Source: Armatimonadota bacterium
GTDB taxonomy: Bacteria; Armatimonadota; Hebobacteria; CAIYQO01
DNA: 11,891 bases
Direction of reading: 5' to 3'
Assembly: GCA_038248345.1 (NCBI GenBank)
Contig: JBBRXO010000085.1
Location: forward strand, 1 to 11,891
Each line of letters begins with the position of its first letter. Within the stretch, counting starts at the first letter, position 1. The notes beneath the pieces are model-generated. The model did not search any database and was not told the origin of the DNA. It saw only the letters and a list, made by a program, of their open reading frames with translations. This document shows positions 1-7,881 of the stretch, in pieces. Both the position numbers and the translations under genes were made by a program.

Positions 1-1062
1 GATCAGTTGCGCTGCTGCCGACCGATGTACCATACCAAGCAAAAACTGTGTTATCAAGGGATGAAAACTGGTCTCCATCTCATCAATAATCAAGATGCGA
101 TTGTTCTTGACGACCTCATACCATGTGCCAATGAGAGCGAACAGTCGCTGTGTTCCCAGTGATTCTTCCTTCAAGTCGAAGGTTGTTTCACTACCATCGC
201 TCATACGATGGACGGTCTTAATATGGGGAGATTTCACACCTGCAGAATACCCCGGGGAATTCTCCCTGACATACTCCCCAATGCGCAACTTATTTTCATT
301 GGAAAACCCCGCCCATGCATCACTTTCATATAGACTATTCTTTTCAAAAAACACCTGACTGATGCCGATATCAGCTACTTGAACGAATTCATTCAGTTTC
401 TCGATGAATCCATCTTCTTCCATCATTTTTTTCGTAGTTTCGTGAAAATCTATAGTTGAGCGACTTGCTATCGTACTGACATTATCCTTAAACCAGTCAA
501 AGGCGACCTTTGTCATTGGGTGATTAAACTGCGCTACAACGGATAAAAACAAGGCGTTAGGTCGCGTCAGCTGGGCAATCTTTTCCTTATCACCCTTCCA
601 GCTGTCTCCATATTCAATGCCATTATCCAGCGAACGCCGGAAGAGTAGCCGTGGTTTCCGTTTCGTCGCCGTCAGCCATTCCTCATGCACGTGCGTGCCA
701 TCGGCAGTGAAGCCATACACATAGCGCTCACTGCCGATCATGAAGACCACTTCAAATTCGCTGGGTTGGGTTGCGGTTTGGGCATCGAGCTTGAAGGGGG
801 TGACGTCAATCGGATCACCCTCCTGGCTCTTACTCGCTGACGTACGCACAAACCTTTCCATGAAAATCAGCGCGTTTATCAGATTTGATTTCCCCGAAGC
901 ATTGGCGCCATAGATGCCAGCGCTCTTCAGCAGCGAGAGCTTTCCAAGCCCTTGGGTCACGAACGTATTCTCCTGATGTTCAGCATCATTCGCCGCAACC
1001 ATGCTGAGGGTTACCCGGTCTTTTATTGAGCGATAATTGGTCACACTGAATTCTAGAAGCAT
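1..1062 (-). CDS. AAA_21/ABC-type ATPase (RloA/AbiLi-like), runs off the left edge
   Basis: Hand translation from ATG at 1062-1060, with a GGAGGGGG RBS at 1067-1074: MLLEFSVTNYRSIKDRVTLSM...GIYGANASGKSNL (Walker A)...ESLGTQRLF (signature-like)...RILIIDEMETSFHP (Walker B/D-loop)...AQLI. The frame stays open to base 1, so there is no stop and the ORF track missed it. Confidence 0.9.
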   Translation of the reverse strand, partial: MLLEFSVTNYRSIKDRVTLSMVAANDAEHQENTFVTQGLGKLSLLKSAGIYGANASGKSNLINALIFMERFVRTSASKSQEGDPIDVTPFKLDAQTATQPSEFEVVFMIGSERYVYGFTADGTHVHEEWLTATKRKPRLLFRRSLDNGIEYGDSWKGDKEKIAQLTRPNALFLSVVAQFNHPMTKVAFDWFKDNVSTIASRSTIDFHETTKKMMEEDGFIEKLNEFVQVADIGISQVFFEKNSLYESDAWAGFSNENKLRIGEYVRENSPGYSAGVKSPHIKTVHRMSDGSETTFDLKEESLGTQRLFALIGTWYEVVKNNRILIIDEMETSFHPLITQFLLGMVHRSAAAQLI

Positions 1063-1084
1063 ATCACCCCCTCCATATAACCAT

Positions 1085-1093
1085 ATTATAACA
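1085..1093 (-). promoter_or_regulatory. Extended -10 promoter for the ATPase
   Basis: Minus strand reads TGtTATAAT about 10 nt upstream of the RBS; no clear -35. Confidence 0.5.
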
Positions 1094-1270
1094 GATATTT
1101 CTTCGTTTTGTGTAGTTTTTCTGCACTTTTAGCCATAATTTCAGATATTTTTCCGATATAGCCGATAAATCACCAACTCTAACTGTCTTAATAAGAAGCA
1201 TCTAATCAATCTGTTGCCATTGTACTACCTCATATTTGTGCTTACAATAAATGCAGAGAGGGACTTACCA

Positions 1271-1597
1271 ATGAAACGTTACAAATTATCGGAGTTGACG
1301 CCTGATGAAACACGCCTGTTCCCGGCATTATTTGGTGATCTGATCATCAAGCATGGGGGCATCTATTGCTTTAAACCGGGGGAAACCGCCCACCCAGAGC
1401 CGCGCCATGTGCATGAGGATGCTGATGAGGTCTTCATTTTCATCCAAGGTAGGGGCGTGGCGCCTATTGATGGCGTAGAATACCCGGTAAAAACCGGCGA
1501 CGTCGTCATCGTGGAGGCGGGCGAAGATCACCACACGCGTAGCTCGGAGGAATTCCCGCTGGTGGCCGCCTGGTATATGATGGAGCCAAAAAAGTAG
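1271..1597 (+). CDS. Cupin-domain protein (108 aa)
   Basis: Cupin motifs HVHEDADEVFIFIQG and GDVVIVEAGEDH. GAGAGGGA RBS precedes ATG at 1271, preferred over the TTG at 1214. Confidence 0.85.
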   Translation: MKRYKLSELTPDETRLFPALFGDLIIKHGGIYCFKPGETAHPEPRHVHEDADEVFIFIQGRGVAPIDGVEYPVKTGDVVIVEAGEDHHTRSSEEFPLVAAWYMMEPKK

Positions 1598-1623
1598 CGA
1601 CAGGGCATTCCCTGTCGCTACTT
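1592..1623. terminator. Perfect 14-bp hairpin between the convergent cupin and flotillin genes; likely bidirectional terminator
   Basis: AAGTAGCGACAGGG-CATT-CCCTGTCGCTACTT, followed by a T-run on the minus strand. Confidence 0.75.
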
Positions 1624-1634
1624 GCTGGTATTTC

Positions 1635-3221
1635 CTATTTCTCTTTCGGCGGTTCTACATCCGGCTTGGGCTTGGGCAGCGGCGGGTCAGCGGATACTAC
1701 CGTCGGGGGCACGTCGATCACCGACGCGGGTTTGGTCTCATGGAAGACACCGGACATACCGGGGACGTTCTTGATCAAATCTTCCAGCTTCAGGCCGGTC
1801 AGCGCCTCCACCATGGGGGGGAGCTGGGCGATGATCTGGGTGATGTCGCCGGTAAGCTTGCTGGCGCCGCCGCCGGGGCCATTGCCCGTGCTCACAATAA
1901 CCATCTTCTCGGTCTTGGCCAGCGGGCTGGCGACAGCGGAGGCGATGGCCGGCATTTTGTCGATGAACATCTGTGCGATAGCCGCCTGGTTGTAGAGTTT
2001 CCACGCCTCGGCTTTCTTAGTCATCGCCAATGCTTCGGCCTGTCCCTGGGCACTGATGACTTCTGCCTGCGCGAGACCGCGGGCTTTATTGGCGTCGGCT
2101 TCGGCGAACCCGGTCGCCTTGATGGCGTCGGCTTGCCCGAGCGCCGTATTGCGCAAACGGTACTGCTCGGCGTCCGCCAACTGCTGAATGCGATAGCGTT
2201 CGGCTTCTGCCGGCGTCTGCACAGTAGCGTTGAGCTCCTTCTGGCGGCGAGTGATTTCTTTCTCCTGCACCACAATCTGGTTCTCTTTTTCCACCACCAT
2301 GACCTTGACTTGCTCAGCGGTAACCAGCTGTTGCGTCTGGTATTTCTGCAGGTCGTAGGCGAGGTCGGCGGCAGCTTTTTGCTTGTTCACGCCCGCCGAG
2401 TAGTCCGCCAGCTTCATCTTATAGTCCCGGTCAGCTTCCGCTACTTGGGTATCAGCCTGGAACTTCGCCGTCTGCCCTTCCTGGTTCGCCTGTGCGCTTC
2501 GGATAACAGCGTCGCGGTTGGCTTCCGCCTCACCGATGACGGCGTCACGTTTTACCTGCGCGATACGCGGCTTGCCCAGCGCATCGAGGTAACCCTGGCC
2601 ATCCTGCAGATCGCGGATAGTGAAAGAGACGATCTGCAGGCCCATATTGGCGAGGTCGGTAGCGGCAACATCCTGCACCTTGGCCGCGAATTTGTCGCGC
2701 TCGCGGTAGGCTTCTTCAATGGTGAGCGTACCGATGATGGCGCGCAGGTGACCTTCTACGGTGAGCAGCGCGATGGTGCGTACCTGCTCGCTGCCCTTGC
2801 TCAGGAACTGCTCGGCGGCAGTGCGGATTGAAACGTCGTCATTGCGTACTTTGATCTGTGCGATGCCGTCCACGCGGATGGGCACACCCGCCGAAGTGTA
2901 GACCTCCGGAGTTTTTACCTCCAGCGTCATCAGCTCCAGCGACATCATCTCGGCCATCTCGATCACCGGCCAGACGAAAGTACCGCCACCACGCAGCAGG
3001 CGGAAACCCACCTCATGCACGCGTCCATCCGCCCCCTGCACCTTGTGCTTCATACCGGAGACGACGAGCACATGGTTCGGCCCCACCTTCACCCAGCGGC
3101 TGAAAACGATCCACAGAAAGACGACGATGAGAAAAAGAATGATCCCGCCGATCATCGGCGCACTCATGTCCGTATTACCCCCACTAATTTGCAGGGCTAA
3201 AGTACCAGTCAAAAACTCCAT
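1635..3221 (-). CDS. Flotillin-family SPFH-domain membrane protein (FloT-like, 528 aa)
   Basis: N-terminal TM helix, GGGTFVWPV, IRTAAEQFL, GYLDALG, AEA-rich coiled coil and a Pro-rich tail. AAAGGAGGGG RBS precedes ATG at 3221. Confidence 0.93.
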   Translation of the reverse strand: MEFLTGTLALQISGGNTDMSAPMIGGIILFLIVVFLWIVFSRWVKVGPNHVLVVSGMKHKVQGADGRVHEVGFRLLRGGGTFVWPVIEMAEMMSLELMTLEVKTPEVYTSAGVPIRVDGIAQIKVRNDDVSIRTAAEQFLSKGSEQVRTIALLTVEGHLRAIIGTLTIEEAYRERDKFAAKVQDVAATDLANMGLQIVSFTIRDLQDGQGYLDALGKPRIAQVKRDAVIGEAEANRDAVIRSAQANQEGQTAKFQADTQVAEADRDYKMKLADYSAGVNKQKAAADLAYDLQKYQTQQLVTAEQVKVMVVEKENQIVVQEKEITRRQKELNATVQTPAEAERYRIQQLADAEQYRLRNTALGQADAIKATGFAEADANKARGLAQAEVISAQGQAEALAMTKKAEAWKLYNQAAIAQMFIDKMPAIASAVASPLAKTEKMVIVSTGNGPGGGASKLTGDITQIIAQLPPMVEALTGLKLEDLIKNVPGMSGVFHETKPASVIDVPPTVVSADPPLPKPKPDVEPPKEK

Positions 3222-3380
3222 AGTATCCCCTCCTTTGCAGCGGTCTGTAGCATAAATCCACATGTCCCGCATCTTTTATCTGATGTTAGTTATATTCTAC
3301 ATGGAATGGCGAATACCTGCACATCTTTTTTGATTCTTCGGGGAGTTAATTGAGAAAGCTGGTGTGTAGTTTTTTACGAA

Positions 3381-3418
3381 AAGTAGCTGACTCGACCATG
3401 CGGACGAGTCAGCTACTT
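3381..3418 (-). terminator. Intrinsic terminator of the glycoside hydrolase gene
   Basis: 14-bp stem AAGTAGCTGACTCG/CGAGTCAGCTACTT, 6 nt after the stop, ending in TTTT on the minus strand. Confidence 0.7.
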
Positions 3419-3424
3419 CAATTA

Positions 3425-5464
3425 TTATTCCGCCTCCGGCACGAACACATAGGGAAGCTGCGGCAGGAGTCTGGGTGCGACAGTGCGGTCTCCGGTAGTC
3501 AGGGCGATACCCTTGCTACGGCCGTCGGGAGTGAGTGGGTAGAGCGTCCCCTTTTTCACCGAGGCCCAGTCCAGCGGGAGCTTCCAGGTGCGCTGCGTGC
3601 CATCCCAACTGTAGAAGTATATCTTTTTCTGTCCGCTCCAGCTGTCCGGCCACATACGGTCGTAATCGTCGGCAAAGGTCATATCGCCGTTCGTGACTTT
3701 GAAGCCCTTCCCAATGCTGGGCGTTTCCCAGACAGCTTCGGTGCCGTCGCTCCATTTCGCGTAAATGGCACCGGAATCGACAATGATAGCATTGTCGCCC
3801 GCCTGCAAAGTAAGCTCACCGAGGTCGTGCGTTTCCGTCCCGGTCGTCTTAAAAGGAACCGCCAGCACCTTCAACTGCGCTTGCATATCGACATAGACAT
3901 TGATGTTGCCTGTGCTGTTTCCACCTTTGTTGCCATAGAATTTGATCCGGTATTTGCCCGCCGCAGGTGCATTAAAGCGGAATTTCAGCGGGGTTTCCAT
4001 CATCACTCTGCCAGATTTTTTAACGTCATTTTTGAGCCAATCAGGAGATCCAGGAGCCAGGCAATCGAATACCGGGAACTCTGTTTCTTTGCCGTTCGCA
4101 TCCACGATCCCGAATTTGGAGACGTGAATGTTTCCAATTGTCTCAAATACCGCCGTGCGCACATTGCCTTTGCCGATATGATATAGTTCCTGGATACCGG
4201 TAAGATAGAAGCCGTTGACCAGATCGATCCAATCGCCGCGGAACGGATCGCCGCCTCCTCCATCGCCGATCACTATGTTGAATTCATCGCTGGAATCCCC
4301 ACGGTCAGCAATGTGCCAAGTGTTGAGACCGGGCATTTTACGCGTGATCGGAGTGCCTGCCAACAACTCGGTGTAGTGTCCCCGAACTTTGGCAATCTGC
4401 GCTGGCGAAGAAGCGACAGGGGAGACAACGAAGCATCCGGTATTTCCGTAGACGTGCTGCGTGACAACATGAACGCCTTTGGCCGCTCCTTTGATGATGC
4501 TGTAATCATCGGCGGAATAGCCGGGCTGGCAATGTAACCACCCGTAAGTGCCGTATTCTTTCATGAAACCACGATCACCTTCAGTACCAACTGCTGTCCC
4601 TTTCGTCCGAAGATAGTTAGCGATCGCTAGCACTCCCTCTGTTTGTGTGTCTTTACTTCCGCCCAGCGGGCCATCGGGGAATCCTGTGCTGAAATTTCCC
4701 CCATCCAGCGTCAACACATCAAGATAGAGCACCGGGGGTGCATAAGGCAAATGACCGTAAAACTCGTCTATCATCTGCTTGGCCAAACCACTGTCCCAGA
4801 AGTTTTTATAATTCACCAACGCGAAGATAGAGGTCGGGTTAGTATCATCGGTGGGAAAATCCTTTGGAACATACGGCGGCTCTATATCGCGTTTACCGGT
4901 GGTTTTATTCCAATCTCTGCGATATATGGATTTGGTCTCCACCAGTTTTTTGAAGAACGCCTGGGTTTCAGGAAAAGCATTCATGCCGACATTCACATCG
5001 GTCAGGTTGACGTGGAAAGATATCTTGGCGTTGGAGTTGTCGTTGACACGCTGCATGAAACCATGCAGATTATCCCAGCTCTTCGCCCGATAGGAGACGC
5101 GGTTCCAGTACGGCCAGATGCCATCCCAGTTGCACACGCCATTATGATCATCGCTGATCAATCCGAACATCAGAGGAATCTGCTGTACCGAATCATCCAG
5201 CAGATTGGAAGTAATCGCGATCCCTGCTTCCGTCGAATCCAGAAAATCCGCGCTATCCGGCGTTGCGATACGGTAGACGTACGCCCCATGCTTGATCCAA
5301 GCGGGCGCTTTGTTTACCGTCGCTCCGGTTTTAGTGGCGAATTTCTCAATATTAGCCAAATTGTCGGAAGCGGGCACTGGTGGTGCTACATTCTCAGCAG
5401 CTGCGCTCGCAATTGCGAGCGCACCCATACACACTAGTAGCATCAAAAAATTGTTAACAACCAT
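3425..5464 (-). CDS. Secreted GH101-like glycoside hydrolase (endo-alpha-N-acetylgalactosaminidase-related) with an inserted CBM-like domain, 679 aa
   Basis: Signal peptide (FLMLLVCMGALAIASAAA-E) and GGAGG RBS before ATG at 5464. Motifs ISFHVN, VLYLDV and VGTEG resemble GH101 catalytic-barrel motifs. The C-terminal KIYFYSWDG..TWKLP..W...LYPLTPDGR...PYVFVP resembles the GH101 beta domain. The CDS is secure; the family call is from recalled motifs. Confidence 0.65.
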   Translation of the reverse strand: MVVNNFLMLLVCMGALAIASAAAENVAPPVPASDNLANIEKFATKTGATVNKAPAWIKHGAYVYRIATPDSADFLDSTEAGIAITSNLLDDSVQQIPLMFGLISDDHNGVCNWDGIWPYWNRVSYRAKSWDNLHGFMQRVNDNSNAKISFHVNLTDVNVGMNAFPETQAFFKKLVETKSIYRRDWNKTTGKRDIEPPYVPKDFPTDDTNPTSIFALVNYKNFWDSGLAKQMIDEFYGHLPYAPPVLYLDVLTLDGGNFSTGFPDGPLGGSKDTQTEGVLAIANYLRTKGTAVGTEGDRGFMKEYGTYGWLHCQPGYSADDYSIIKGAAKGVHVVTQHVYGNTGCFVVSPVASSPAQIAKVRGHYTELLAGTPITRKMPGLNTWHIADRGDSSDEFNIVIGDGGGGDPFRGDWIDLVNGFYLTGIQELYHIGKGNVRTAVFETIGNIHVSKFGIVDANGKETEFPVFDCLAPGSPDWLKNDVKKSGRVMMETPLKFRFNAPAAGKYRIKFYGNKGGNSTGNINVYVDMQAQLKVLAVPFKTTGTETHDLGELTLQAGDNAIIVDSGAIYAKWSDGTEAVWETPSIGKGFKVTNGDMTFADDYDRMWPDSWSGQKKIYFYSWDGTQRTWKLPLDWASVKKGTLYPLTPDGRSKGIALTTGDRTVAPRLLPQLPYVFVPEAE

Positions 5465-5534
5465 ATCAACCTCCATTAAATGTAGTTGGCACCTCATCGA
5501 GGATGACCCCTGAAGAGGTATACCAATTCTGTTA

Positions 5535-5563
5535 ACTATACCTTAATTGGATTGTAAAGTAAA
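5535..5563 (-). promoter_or_regulatory. Putative sigma70 promoter for the glycoside hydrolase
   Basis: TTTACT-N17-TATAGT on the minus strand. Confidence 0.45.
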
Positions 5564-5603
5564 TAATCCAGCAACGGCCTCAACATTGCTGCAAATTCCC
5601 ATC

Positions 5604-5632
5604 TCGACATTCACCCCCTACTGTGCGATAAT
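5604..5632 (+). promoter_or_regulatory. Sigma70 promoter of the SRP RNA
   Basis: TCGACA-N17-GATAAT with an extended TG; predicted start at about 5639-5640, which coincides with the RNA 5' helix. Confidence 0.7.
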
Positions 5633-5639
5633 AGGGCAA

Positions 5640-5907
5640 GATCGTGCTAGGCGGGGGGCCAGCGGTACCCTGTATCCGCAATCCGCTATAGCGGGGCTGA
5701 ATTCCTGCTCGAGGGTGGGCATTGTAGAGTCTGGGCGACGAACGGGATGTTGAAGATTGGGTCCGGCGCAATGGTGGACATCGAACCCCGTCAGGTCGGG
5801 AACGAAGCAGCGGTAAGGTGACCCTGCTGTGTGCCGCCGACCACCCGACCGGAGTTACCGACGTCGCGACCGTCTGGAGTGTTCCATTCGACAGCAGGTG
5901 CACGATC
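5640..5907 (+). ncRNA. ffs: Large bacterial signal recognition particle RNA (scRNA type)
   Basis: Helix-8 motif CCG-TCAGG-TCG-GGAA-CGA-AGCAG-CGG at 5788-5813. Alu-like 5' region CGTGCTAGGCGGGG..AGCGGT.CCCTGT...GCAATCCGCT.TAGC.GGG. Terminal helix GATCGTGC (5640-5647)/GCACGATC (5900-5907), followed by a T-run. Confidence 0.95.
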
Positions 5908-5942
5908 CAAATTTTTTAACCTGATATGATGTGGGGATAACG

Positions 5943-6698
5943 ATGCTCGCTACTACCACATCTCTGGATCAATACTGGGCCGATGAGCTGGGCTGTCACC
6001 CTGAAGATCTTTATCGCGACGGGGTGACACTGACCGCGCCAGCACATCGCGCCGCCCCACGCTGGATGGGCTGGCAAGTGCCGCTGGAATGCGTGGCGCT
6101 GGTGGAAAGCACAGCAGATAGCGGCGTAATCTCTATCAATCCGCAATACGGTGAAGAGTTGTACCGATATCTTGATCCCATTCGCCCAGGTCGGTACTAC
6201 CTGCCGCCACGGGGACAAGAGCTGACGCCCTTCATTGATCGCCACCTGCCCCAGAGCGGCCCCAAATATCACAGTATCCTCCATTGTGACGCGGCGAGTT
6301 TTCGCCCGGCAGTGCCAGTATCGATGGTAGAAGAGCTGCACGCCGATGACGTAAATATGCCCTGGTATCGTCTGCATTTCGACGGCCCCGTCTTTGTGGC
6401 GCGCAACAAATCCCAGAGCATCATCTCCTGGGCAGCCATCAAAATGAAATCGCCACAAGTGTGGGAGATGGCGGTAGTGACCGAGGCAGCCTACCGCGGA
6501 CTCGGGTTGGCACAATGCGTCGTCTCCGCCGCCACCCGGGCTGCGTTAGAGGCGGACAAAACGCCGCTCTACCTGCACGATATCACCAACATCGCCTCCG
6601 CCCACGTCTGCCGCGCCCTCGGCTACCAGCTCTACGGCTACGAGCTTACCTGCGAGAATGGGCGGGTGAGGGTGGGGGACAAGAGCAGGACTTCTTAG
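5943..6698 (+). CDS. GNAT-family N-acetyltransferase
   Basis: Acetyl-CoA motif A (VVTEAAYRGLGLAQ) and motif B (NIASAHVCRALGY). GGGGA RBS precedes ATG at 5943. Confidence 0.88.
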   Translation: MLATTTSLDQYWADELGCHPEDLYRDGVTLTAPAHRAAPRWMGWQVPLECVALVESTADSGVISINPQYGEELYRYLDPIRPGRYYLPPRGQELTPFIDRHLPQSGPKYHSILHCDAASFRPAVPVSMVEELHADDVNMPWYRLHFDGPVFVARNKSQSIISWAAIKMKSPQVWEMAVVTEAAYRGLGLAQCVVSAATRAALEADKTPLYLHDITNIASAHVCRALGYQLYGYELTCENGRVRVGDKSRTS

Positions 6699-6709
6699 AG
6701 GTAGTCCCA

Positions 6710-7294
6710 TTAATTATCCGCGAAGACGAGTGACAGGTCGATTTGTAATTCCGGCAGAATATGAACATATGGGGTATCTTCACTGTCATAGGTCTTCGGC
6801 AGGTTAAATTTTTTGCTTTCATTGCGCAGATAGACTGTAACCATTTTTTTGTCAGGGTCTACTATCCACAGCTCGCGCACGCCTGCATGTTCATACAGCG
6901 CTTTTTTCTCATTTTTATCCTTCGCCGCGGTTGATGGCGAGAGTATCTCTATCACCATGTCCGGCGCGCCGATACAACCACGTCGGGTAATCTTTGTCCT
7001 ATCGCAGATTACCATAATATCCGGCTGCACCACCGCCTCAGCATCTTCCTCATATTCCCCAGCTTCGGGCAATACTACATCGAACGGAGCAGAAAACACC
7101 TGACACGGCTTACCGCGCAAGTGAGCAACTAACTGGAAAGATAACTCTCTAGAAATAATCTGATGCTTGTCAGTAGGCGCTGGCGACATATCATATGCTA
7201 CGCCATCTATGATCTCCCAACGCTCGCCCTCGGGCCAGTACAAGTAATCACCGTAGTTGTATTTGAGTTCTTCTTTGCGCATCGGTAATGCCAT
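6710..7294 (-). CDS. Uma2/DUF820-family PD-(D/E)xK-like endonuclease, copy C
   Basis: WEIIDG..MSPAP..HQ, VQPD, GAPDMVIEILSPST, K..LYE.AGV.E.WIVDP. Start overlaps the copy B stop (TAATG). Confidence 0.92.
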   Translation of the reverse strand: MALPMRKEELKYNYGDYLYWPEGERWEIIDGVAYDMSPAPTDKHQIISRELSFQLVAHLRGKPCQVFSAPFDVVLPEAGEYEEDAEAVVQPDIMVICDRTKITRRGCIGAPDMVIEILSPSTAAKDKNEKKALYEHAGVRELWIVDPDKKMVTVYLRNESKKFNLPKTYDSEDTPYVHILPELQIDLSLVFADN

Positions 7295-7826
7295 TATTGC
7301 ATCTCCGCGAAGACCAATGCTAAGTCGATCGTCAATTCCGGCAGAGTGTAGACTGGTGGTTGGTCTTCACTGTCATAGGTCTTCGGTAGGTTAAATTTGC
7401 CGTTATCGTTGCGAAGATAGACGGTTACAATATTGTTATCCGGGGATACCAGCCAGAATTCGCGTACACCCACGCGCTCGTACAACGCCTTCTTCACATT
7501 TTGATCCTTCGCTGCTGTTGACGGCGAGAGTATCTCTATCACCATGTCCGGCGCACCGACACAACCGCGTGGCGTCCGCTTGCTCCGGTCGCAGATGACC
7601 ACGATATCTGGCTGCACCACCGTCTCGGAGTCCTCGGCATCCTCACCAGCTTCGGGCAAGATGACATCATATGGGGAAAAGAACATTGTGCATGGTTTGC
7701 CTAATAAATAGTTTGATATCTGACGAGATAGTTCACGTGCCACGCCCTGATGCCTTCCGGTCGGCGCTGGCGACATATCATATGCTACGCCATCTATGAT
7801 CTCCCAACGCTCGCCCTCGGGCCAGT
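7176..7826. repeat. 64-bp exact direct repeat (7176-7239 = 7763-7826) shared by Uma2 copies C and B
   Basis: Base-by-base comparison. Confidence 0.9.
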
Positions 7827-7881
7827 GCAGGTAGTCACCGTAGGTGTATTTAAGTTCTTCTTTGCGCATCGATAATGCCAT
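7294..7881 (-). CDS. Uma2/DUF820-family endonuclease, copy B
   Basis: Same motif set as copy C; GGAGG RBS. Confidence 0.92.
   Translation of the reverse strand: MALSMRKEELKYTYGDYLHWPEGERWEIIDGVAYDMSPAPTGRHQGVARELSRQISNYLLGKPCTMFFSPYDVILPEAGEDAEDSETVVQPDIVVICDRSKRTPRGCVGAPDMVIEILSPSTAAKDQNVKKALYERVGVREFWLVSPDNNIVTVYLRNDNGKFNLPKTYDSEDQPPVYTLPELTIDLALVFAEMQ

Noticed and set aside
95..358. 87-aa plus-strand ORF
   Set aside because: Lies antisense within the ATPase gene.
1092..1150. Direct repeat CAGATATTT (1092-1100, 1142-1150)
   Set aside because: Only 9 bp in AT-rich DNA; too weak to call an operator.
1740..2831. 363-aa plus-strand ORF (also 3350-4186, 4643-5437, 9022-9891, 10464-10961, and minus-strand 5916-6515)
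   Set aside because: Antisense shadows of well-supported genes, with no recognisable motifs.
5547..5903. Short ORFs 5547-5753 (+) and 5580-5903 (-)
   Set aside because: They overlap the SRP RNA and its promoter.
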